The position numbers were made by a program, and so were the translations under genes. A DNA stretch of 64,000 nt from NCBI GenBank assembly GCA_963662315.1, contig OY759353.1, positions 3,616,001 to 3,680,000 on the forward strand, written 5' to 3'. The stretch's first letter is position 1. Each line of letters opens with the position of its first letter. The notes beneath the pieces are model-generated. The model was given only the letters and a program-made list of their open reading frames with translations. It ran no database searches and had not been told where the DNA came from. Shown here one piece after another: positions 57,605-64,000 of this stretch. Source of the DNA: Geopsychrobacteraceae bacterium (lineage in GTDB: Bacteria; Desulfobacterota; Desulfuromonadia; Desulfuromonadales; Geopsychrobacteraceae).

Positions 57605-57744
57605 TTTCTCTTGGAAACGGCCCTTTTCCGCAATCTTTGCGTCAATCTGCACCTTTGCTTGTGCGGCGTAAAGTACAATGCCTTAAGCACAAAGGTTTGA
57701 TTTTCTTGACCTTGCGAAAAATTGCTCGTTTCCAATACAGAAAC
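57604..57744 (+). repeat. Structured intergenic repeat, copy C
   Basis: gtttct...agaaac ends; high similarity to the reverse complement of 62442-62583. Confidence 0.85.
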
Positions 57745-57791
57745 GATGCTTGTGGTTGCCAACTGAAACGACAAATAGCACCGGGTTTTGC

Positions 57792-58454
57792 ATGTCTGCT
57801 TTAAATCATTTCAAAGATTATCGTGTTGTCAAAGTCACCCTGCCTTTGCTCGATGGCAAGCAGCAGGTTCTTGACGGGGTGGCCAAGGTCACTACCATTC
57901 CCCAGTTTGAAATTACCTTTCTGCCAGATCAGCTGGATCCAGATCGATTGAACTTTAAGGAGTTCTGTCAGGTCGCTTTTGATGTTGCCGGTGAAGGAAA
58001 GACGATCAAGGCGAAGTTGGATTCGTCTCCGGAGCCAGTCAAGTTGTTGCTGGAAATGGTCGATTCCTTCTCCTATGTTCAGAAACGGGAATATTTCCGG
58101 GTTGATGCTGATTTGGCCGTCAGCTTCTGGCTGGTTGATGATGAGAACCCCGAAGCGCGTTCACTGCAGACCAGCGTAAATATCAGTGGTGGTGGAATAC
58201 GTTTGCCGGTTACTGAAAAGATTCCGGAAGGGGCAAAGATTGGGCTTGAGATTGTCATTGACGGTCCGCAATCTGCGGTTGTCGAATGCGTTGGTGAGGT
58301 GGTCAATAACTACAAGGTTGGCAATGAGTATTCCTGCGCTTTGAAATTTGTCGATATCGATGAAGAAGGGCAGGACGCTATTGTCGCCTATTGCCTGGCT
58401 GAACAGCGAAGGCAGTTACGCTTGAAAGTTACGGTCCTGGGCGGCCTTGGCTAA
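57792..58454 (+). CDS. PilZ-domain c-di-GMP-binding protein
   Basis: QKREYFRV (RxxxR) and NISGGG (D/NxSxxG). Confidence 0.85.
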   Translation: MSALNHFKDYRVVKVTLPLLDGKQQVLDGVAKVTTIPQFEITFLPDQLDPDRLNFKEFCQVAFDVAGEGKTIKAKLDSSPEPVKLLLEMVDSFSYVQKREYFRVDADLAVSFWLVDDENPEARSLQTSVNISGGGIRLPVTEKIPEGAKIGLEIVIDGPQSAVVECVGEVVNNYKVGNEYSCALKFVDIDEEGQDAIVAYCLAEQRRQLRLKVTVLGGLG

Positions 58455-58473
58455 TAATCCGCCTGATTAATAT

Positions 58474-58518
58474 AAACAACAAAAGCCCGGTGAACGATTC
58501 GCCGGGCTTTTGTTGTTT
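58474..58518. terminator. Bidirectional intrinsic terminator
   Basis: aaacaacaaaagcccggtgaa-cga-ttcgccgggcttttgttgttt between convergent genes. Confidence 0.88.
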
Positions 58519-58585
58519 GTACATTTCATCCTTCTCCCTGAGGAGAGGGTTCTTATGTGCGAAGGGTTATTGTTCTGGTTGGTCT

Positions 58586-59557
58586 TCAGGTCCCGAACGC
58601 AAGTTGTGTCAGCGGCTGTGCTGGGCGATACGTTGGCGATGCGGTAAAGAAGTCGTCTTTCCAGATTTCGGTGCGGTTGCGGCCGTTCTGTTTGGCCAGG
58701 TACAGGGCTTGGTCGGCTTCTTTAATCAGTGCTGTGGCTTGCCCTTGATTATAGCGGTTCGAGCTGCTGATGCCGATACTCACAGTCAGAGGAATATGCT
58801 TCTGTGACGGCAACTGGGCAATGCGCTGATGGATGCGGCGGGCCAGATGCTCTGCATTTTTTCCCTTGGTGTCCTGCAGAATAACAGCAAACTCTTCGCC
58901 ACCATAACGACAGCAGATATCTGTGTCGCGTGAGGCAGACGCAATAACTTCAGCGGTCTGCTGCAGAATATAATCGCCACTCTGGTGACCGTGAGTGTCG
59001 TTAATCATTTTGAAATGATCCAGGTCGATCAGCAGTAAGGAAAAGGGTGAGCCTGAGCGCTGTGTGCGGGCAACGGCCTGCTTCATGCTGAGATCGAAGG
59101 TTGCCCGGTTGCCAAGTTTGGTGAGCGGGTCGGTCAATGCCATGCGTTGCAGCTGCTCCTGGCTCTGGCGCAGTTCCAGAAGGCGTTGCCAGCGCTGTAA
59201 ATGTTTGTCTATCCGGGCTGACAGTTCGCGTGGATCGATATCATAATGGACCGCGTCACTGGCGCCGAGGTGAAAACCGTGCAAGAGGCTTTGCTGATCC
59301 TGGGCAAAAGCGATGAGTGGCAGGTCATTCCATTGCTCATTGGCTTGCAAGCGTTCGATCCAGGAATCACCATTCTGCCTTTTTTCAACATCCCAGCAGA
59401 CCAGATCGGCTGAATTGGTTTCCAGATAATTAAACAGCGCAGCTGCCGATTGCACAGGGGCTATCCGGCCAAACAACCCGGTGGCAGAAAGCTGGGTGAT
59501 CATGCAGGATTGGCTATCAGCGTTAGAGGCCATGATCAGGGCTGTTTTATTAGTCAT
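58586..59557 (-). CDS. Diguanylate cyclase with degenerate REC domain
   Basis: TDPLTKLGNR, DLDHFK.INDTHGH, RDTD I-site, GGEEF, KQNGRNR. Confidence 0.92.
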   Translation of the reverse strand: MTNKTALIMASNADSQSCMITQLSATGLFGRIAPVQSAAALFNYLETNSADLVCWDVEKRQNGDSWIERLQANEQWNDLPLIAFAQDQQSLLHGFHLGASDAVHYDIDPRELSARIDKHLQRWQRLLELRQSQEQLQRMALTDPLTKLGNRATFDLSMKQAVARTQRSGSPFSLLLIDLDHFKMINDTHGHQSGDYILQQTAEVIASASRDTDICCRYGGEEFAVILQDTKGKNAEHLARRIHQRIAQLPSQKHIPLTVSIGISSSNRYNQGQATALIKEADQALYLAKQNGRNRTEIWKDDFFTASPTYRPAQPLTQLAFGT

Positions 59558-59652
59558 TTTATTTTCCTTTCGTTCCCCTATATACTCTTATAGAGCCCCC
59601 TTGGGAGTATTTCGGCGTGTCGCGGATAATTCTTTAGCTGTTTTTTAGCAGT

Positions 59653-59669
59653 AGCGAATTTTATGCCAA
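59653..59669 (-). promoter_or_regulatory. Putative sigma-54 promoter of the diguanylate cyclase
   Basis: Reverse complement TTGGCATAAAATTCGCT (GG-N10-GC). Confidence 0.6.
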
Positions 59670-59829
59670 AGCCTGATCCTCAGTATTTATGCGGAATTTT
59701 GCGGGAAGAGTCAGGTTTTTGACTGGGAAAGGGGAGCTGTTTTCTGTTTGAGGATCTGGTTTGACGGAATAATGACATTATTGTGTGCCGGTTTATTGAA
59801 TACGGTATTCCGGGACGAAAAGGGCTGTA

Positions 59830-61710
59830 ATGAACACGGTTAGTTCTCAAATTCCGGCAAATCTGTTCTTGCCACAAACACTGTCGACTCTACGGGTTCA
59901 GGCTGCTGAACTTCAGTCGTTTCGGGTCCAACAACAAATGCTTGCGACTGTTGTTGAAATCAATGAAGAGGAGGGCGAAGCGGTACTTGAGATTGGTGGA
60001 AAGAACTACCGTACTCCCTTGAATGATACGATGCAGTCCGGTCAGTTGTTACAGTTGCAGGTGCTCAAAACAGAGCCCGCTCTGGAATTCAATGTACTTG
60101 GCGTTTCAAAACAGGATCAGCTGGCACAACTATTTACCTTGTTAGCCCAACCCTATGACTGGGCAAAGTTGGCTGAGCAAATTCAGCGGTTGGCTAAAGA
60201 TTCTCCGGAATTGAGCACCCTGGCCAATCTGTTCCGTCAGTTCCGGCAAGTTGTGGCGCCAGGGCAGAAATTGCCAGATGAAATAGCTGATGCAATCAAA
60301 GTCTTGACGCGACAACTGCAAGCCTTGAATGCTCAGGAAACCAGGCCGGATGCGGCAGCGCTGCTCCCAGGTTTCGAGCTGGTGATGAAACGGCCTCAGA
60401 AAGATTCTCCTGCTGCTCTTCATAGCTGGGCACGGTTGCTGACGCAGCTTAAGGACCATATTGGGCGTGGGCAACAGTTGCCGGATGCGAAAGACCGTGG
60501 GCAATGGTATGGACAGACACGTGAGTTGCTGGGGGAATTGCAGACTGTTGTCAAGGGGCAGGCATTGTCTGCCTCATTACTCCGTGGGCTAAGTCCTCTC
60601 CTTAACCAGCTGCAGCAGCTGACGCCGGTAACTCCTCAGCTGGCCAGGGATATCAGGCTGCTTGATAATTTGGTTCAGAAGACCACGGCAACGGGAGTTC
60701 TGTCGCAGGATTTTGTCAGTGACGATCGTCAATCGGCCAGGATTCAGCAGGTTGGGGGAAGGCTGCCTCTCTCTGCAGGACCCACCCCGGAGAGCACAGC
60801 CGCATTACCTGTTACTGGTGCGGCAACTCGGGAAGGCGCTGTTGCGTTACCGACGGGAGCCGCTGAACAACTAATCAAAACAGATTTTCATGCCGAGCCA
60901 GCAACTGTACCGCCTCCCTCCCTGGATAAGCTGGTCAGGCAGGTGGTGACCTTGCTCCGGGATAGTGAAGGCACGGTTGCGCTGCCTGGGAAAATTGTCG
61001 GGCAGTTGGAAGGTGCGTTGGCGCGCAGTATCGAAAAAGGGCAGATTGCGGCAGAACACCTGCCTTATGTCAATAATTTGCTTCAGCAGCTCAGCAATGC
61101 TCCTGCTACATTAGCTCCTGAGACGTTCCGTGAAAAATTGGGGGTATTGTCACTTCTGTTGGGGTTTGGCATCGATAAGATCGGCAAGGAGAAATCTGGC
61201 GATACCAAAGCAAGTCTTCTGCAGCAGAGCCTCTATGCTCTTAAAGATCAACTGACTGGAAAGGGGGATGAGCCTCTTCAGCGTCTGGAATTGTTACAGT
61301 TATGTCGCGATAAACTGGCCGATCAGCAGGTTCAGTTTTTCCCCCTGCCATTTGAAGATCTGGAAGAAGGATATCTGCTGGTCCGGCAGCACAGCTACAA
61401 GGATGGAAGTGGCAGCGCTAAGGATGACCCCCGCGAAGAACTGCAATTATCCATGGCCTTGCGCTTGTCGGCTATCGGTAGTGTTCGGGTCGATATGCTT
61501 TACGGTGTATCCGGTCTACGACTCCAGCTGGCTGGTGAGAATCGTCAGAAAATGCACTATCTGGAAACCTTTGCAGCTGATCTGAGAGGGGCTCTGAGCG
61601 GTATTAAACTGTTATCTATCGGCTTTCGCGATGATGCCCAGTTACCGACCATGCAGCTGAAACAGAATGTTCTTCCCGAAGCAGACCGGTTACTGAATAT
61701 GAGGGTCTGA
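59830..61710 (+). CDS. FliK-like (hook-length control C-terminal domain) protein
   Basis: Low-complexity Q/L-rich body; C-terminal FFPLPF..LRLSAIGSVRVDM; coupled to an FlhB-C-like gene. Confidence 0.6.
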   Translation: MNTVSSQIPANLFLPQTLSTLRVQAAELQSFRVQQQMLATVVEINEEEGEAVLEIGGKNYRTPLNDTMQSGQLLQLQVLKTEPALEFNVLGVSKQDQLAQLFTLLAQPYDWAKLAEQIQRLAKDSPELSTLANLFRQFRQVVAPGQKLPDEIADAIKVLTRQLQALNAQETRPDAAALLPGFELVMKRPQKDSPAALHSWARLLTQLKDHIGRGQQLPDAKDRGQWYGQTRELLGELQTVVKGQALSASLLRGLSPLLNQLQQLTPVTPQLARDIRLLDNLVQKTTATGVLSQDFVSDDRQSARIQQVGGRLPLSAGPTPESTAALPVTGAATREGAVALPTGAAEQLIKTDFHAEPATVPPPSLDKLVRQVVTLLRDSEGTVALPGKIVGQLEGALARSIEKGQIAAEHLPYVNNLLQQLSNAPATLAPETFREKLGVLSLLLGFGIDKIGKEKSGDTKASLLQQSLYALKDQLTGKGDEPLQRLELLQLCRDKLADQQVQFFPLPFEDLEEGYLLVRQHSYKDGSGSAKDDPREELQLSMALRLSAIGSVRVDMLYGVSGLRLQLAGENRQKMHYLETFAADLRGALSGIKLLSIGFRDDAQLPTMQLKQNVLPEADRLLNMRV

Positions 61711-61994
61711 TGAACAGCAATAAAAAACTTCAAGCCGTAGCTCTGCATTATGAGCAGGGGGCAGAACGTGCTCCCCAGATCATTGCCACCGGAAAAGGGG
61801 ATGTGGCCGAACAGATCCTTGCTCTGGCGCGGGACGCGGGGATTGATATTGTCGAGGATCCTGATTTGATGGAGGTTCTTGGCCGGATCCCGGTCAACAC
61901 CGCGATTCCTTCGGAATTGTTTGAAGCGATTGCTGAAATACTGGTCTTTCTTTATCGTCTAAACGGGCGCTATGAAAGCGATCAAAATGAGTAA
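61710..61994 (+). CDS. FlhB cytoplasmic-domain homologue (FlhX; EscU/YscU/HrcU family)
   Basis: AVALHYE..APQIIATGKG.VAEQI..IPSELFEAIAEIL. Confidence 0.9.
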   Translation: MNSNKKLQAVALHYEQGAERAPQIIATGKGDVAEQILALARDAGIDIVEDPDLMEVLGRIPVNTAIPSELFEAIAEILVFLYRLNGRYESDQNE

Positions 61995-62002
61995 AATTCT
62001 TC

Positions 62003-62031
62003 TTTACAGGCGATAACTGTTAGTGTAAGGT
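62003..62031 (+). promoter_or_regulatory. Putative sigma-70 promoter of tRNA-Ser
   Basis: TTTACA-N17-TAAGGT, 11 nt before the tRNA. Confidence 0.45.
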
Positions 62032-62042
62032 CTGCAATTCGC

Positions 62043-62132
<90 letters not shown>

Positions 62133-62152
62133 ATTAAGAATGAAGCCCTTTT

Positions 62153-62291
62153 GGGGATTCGAAGCGGAGCGAACGCTGACTAAAAGTCAGAATAGCGGAC
62201 AGGATGTCCGCGTCAGTGAGCGCAGGGGAGCCGACGCAGGAACCACCGGGATGGTGGGGGCGAAGTGGGCGAATCCCCCCTCTCCGCCATA
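62153..62291 (+). repeat. tRNA-linked repeat ending in a copy of the tRNA 3' end
   Basis: ggggattcg...cgaatcccc closing stem; 62270-62291 repeats the tRNA 3' end with one C fewer. Confidence 0.8.
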
Positions 62292-62294
62292 CTT

Positions 62295-62416
62295 AAACTG
62301 ATGAAAAAGGCGCATCTGCTTCGTTGTCACAGCCAGAACAACAACGACGTATAACAAGATACGCCTTTTGCAGTTCTGGCCGTGGTCGCCTCGTATCTAC
62401 CCTTTTTGATCAGTTT
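62295..62416 (+). repeat. Structured intergenic repeat, copy B
   Basis: aaactgatGaaaaagg / cctttttGatcagttt ends; core caacgacgtat-aacaag-atacgcctt. Confidence 0.8.
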
Positions 62417-62441
62417 TTGGGGCGGACTACTAAAAAGAAAA

Positions 62442-62583
62442 GTTTCTGGTTCAAAAATCAGCAATTTTTCGCAAGGTTAAAGAAGGCAAGTTTTTTGCGC
62501 GGAGGCGTAGTACTTTACGTCGCACAAGCAAAAGCGCAGCTTGACGCCGAGATTGCGGAAAAGGGCGATTTTGGGGCAGAAAC
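62442..62583 (-). repeat. Structured intergenic repeat, copy D
   Basis: Reverse complement aligns with 57604-57744. Confidence 0.85.
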
Positions 62584-62598
62584 TAATTGCCGATAGAA

Positions 62599-62704
62599 GT
62601 GACAGCCGGGTCCCGCGCAACGGCCGGCCGTAAACCCCGTCAGGCCCGGAAGGGAGCAGCGGTAGCGGTTTTGGACGTGTGCCGCGGGGAAGCCCGGTTG
62701 TCAC
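62599..62704 (+). ncRNA. ffs: Small SRP RNA (4.5S)
   Basis: Domain IV gtcaggcccGGAAgggagcagc in a long hairpin; tRNA-Ser/ffs/dnaX synteny; ends approximate. Confidence 0.92.
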
Positions 62705-62766
62705 TTGTGTCGGCAATTTTTTTTATGAGCGCTGTTCGGAAATTTTTCCGTTTTCTTAATCTATTT

Positions 62767-62800
62767 CAAATCTGAAATGTCAAATCTGAAATCGCGAAAT
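62767..62800. repeat. Short heptamer array of the same family as 13874-13942
   Basis: caaatct gaaatgt caaatct gaaatcg. Confidence 0.65.
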
Positions 62801-62896
62801 ATTTTGAACGTAAGACACTTGTTCCTCTCCCCGATTCATGGTTTATTATCTCACTCATTATTTCGTTTTTCTTATTTGTACTGATTGAGGAGAGTC

Positions 62897-64000
62897 ATGT
62901 CCTATCTGGTTCTGGCACGCAAATGGCGTCCGCAACAGTTTGATGACCTGGTTGGCCAGGAGCACGTCAGTCAAACCCTGAAAAATGCCATAACTGCAGA
63001 TCGGGTTCATCACGCTTTCCTGTTTACCGGAGCCCGCGGTGTTGGTAAGACTTCGGCTGCCCGTATTTTTGCCAAAGCACTTAACTGCCAGGAGGGCCCG
63101 ACCGTCTCTCCGTGTGGTGTCTGTCCTTCCTGTATCGATATCACCAGCAGTCAGGGGATTGATGTTCTTGAGATTGACGGGGCTTCTAATACGGGGGTTG
63201 ACGATATCCGGGAGCTGCGTGAGCATATCCGCTATCTTCCTTCTCAGTCCCGGTACAAGATCTTTATTATTGATGAAGTCCATATGCTCTCCATCAATGC
63301 TTTTAATGCGTTGTTGAAAACACTGGAGGAGCCGCCGGAACACGCCAAATTTATTTTTGCGACGACTGAGCCGCATAAAATACCCATCACCATTTTGTCC
63401 CGCTGTCAACGATTCGATTTTAAAAAGATCGGTATGGCGCCACTGGCTGCTCGCCTGCGCTATATTGTTGAGCAGGAACAGGTGACCATTTCGGACGCCG
63501 GACTGGCGATTGTGGCTCGCAACGGTGGCGGGAGTATGCGGGATGCCTTGTCGACCCTGGATCAGGTCATTGCCTTTTGTGGTGATAAGGTTGCCGATGA
63601 TGATCTGCAGGGATTGCTGGGGCTGGTCAGTCGCCGGCTGTTGCTTGATACCATTGAGGCGTTGATTGAGCGTGATCCGCGTCAGGTTTTGACGCTGATC
63701 CAGAAGGTCGATAACCACGGGCACTCGTTCCGGCAGTTTGGTCAGCAGCTGGTTGAATTGCTGCGTGCATTGGTGGTTTTGAAGGTTGTTGAAAAGCCGG
63801 GAGATCTGATCGATTTCAGTGATGCCGAGATTGACGAACTGCGCGGTCTGATCAAGACTGCTTCGCTGGAAGATCTGCAACGCTATTTGCAGATCTTGAT
63901 TAAGGCTGAAGCTGACCTGGCGGTATCCAATTTCCCGCGTCTGACCATGGAGATGGTCCTGATCCGGCTGGCAACCCTGCCAACCGGAGTTGAGGTAGCT
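62897..64000 (+). CDS. dnaX: DNA polymerase III subunit gamma/tau (partial, runs off the window)
   Basis: Translated by eye: MSYLVLARKWRPQQFDDLVGQEHV..GARGVGKTS..IDEVHML..KTLEEPP; absent from the ORF track because it has no stop in the window. Confidence 0.97.
   Translation, partial: MSYLVLARKWRPQQFDDLVGQEHVSQTLKNAITADRVHHAFLFTGARGVGKTSAARIFAKALNCQEGPTVSPCGVCPSCIDITSSQGIDVLEIDGASNTGVDDIRELREHIRYLPSQSRYKIFIIDEVHMLSINAFNALLKTLEEPPEHAKFIFATTEPHKIPITILSRCQRFDFKKIGMAPLAARLRYIVEQEQVTISDAGLAIVARNGGGSMRDALSTLDQVIAFCGDKVADDDLQGLLGLVSRRLLLDTIEALIERDPRQVLTLIQKVDNHGHSFRQFGQQLVELLRALVVLKVVEKPGDLIDFSDAEIDELRGLIKTASLEDLQRYLQILIKAEADLAVSNFPRLTMEMVLIRLATLPTGVEVA

Noticed and set aside
57604..57744. Hairpin repeats after stop codons as integron attC sites
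   Set aside because: No RYYYAAC...GTTRRRY ends, no integrase, and the flanking genes are not cassette-like.
62270..62291. Duplicate tRNA 3' end as the attR of an integrated element
   Set aside because: Only about 140 bp separate it from the tRNA and there is no integrase; a tRNA-linked repeat fits better.
62324..62775. Short ORFs 62324-62596, 62477-62716 and 62587-62775
   Set aside because: They are translations of the structured repeats and the SRP RNA.
62858..63880. 340-aa minus-strand ORF
   Set aside because: Antisense shadow of dnaX, which is clearly recognisable on the + strand.

Overview
Flagellar super-locus of a probable Desulfuromonadales-type deltaproteobacterium (taxon inferred from gene order and repeat families). 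From 1 to 19 kb it carries export, regulatory and rod/ring/hook-junction genes: fliNOPQR-flhBAF-flhG-fliA-flgFGAHIJ-flgMNKL-csrA-fliW. As written, flgI is split by a +1 frameshift. From 19.1 to 49.0 kb there is a co-directional 26-gene glycosylation island. It has pseB, pseC, a PseF-PseG-like fusion and two different NeuB-family synthases, but no recognisable PseH. It also has five radical SAM enzymes (two B12-binding), two methyltransferases, AsnB, ATP-grasp, GH57, an ArnC/ArnT-like pair, an AT-rich secreted LamG protein, and a TPP-decarboxylase/Fe-ADH module with no PEP mutase in the window. From 49 to 62 kb: fliC-maf-fliC-flaG-fliD-fliS, PilZ and GGDEF genes, and FliK-like and FlhB-C-like genes. 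From 62 to 64 kb: tRNA-Ser(GGA), a tRNA-linked repeat with GGA hairpins, two structured repeats, SRP RNA and the 5' part of dnaX. The best candidates for new biology are the radical-SAM-rich flagellin-glycan tailoring pathway, a four-copy covarying structured repeat family, and a possible CsrA-binding tRNA-trailer RNA. All product calls come from motif recognition by eye; no searches were run.
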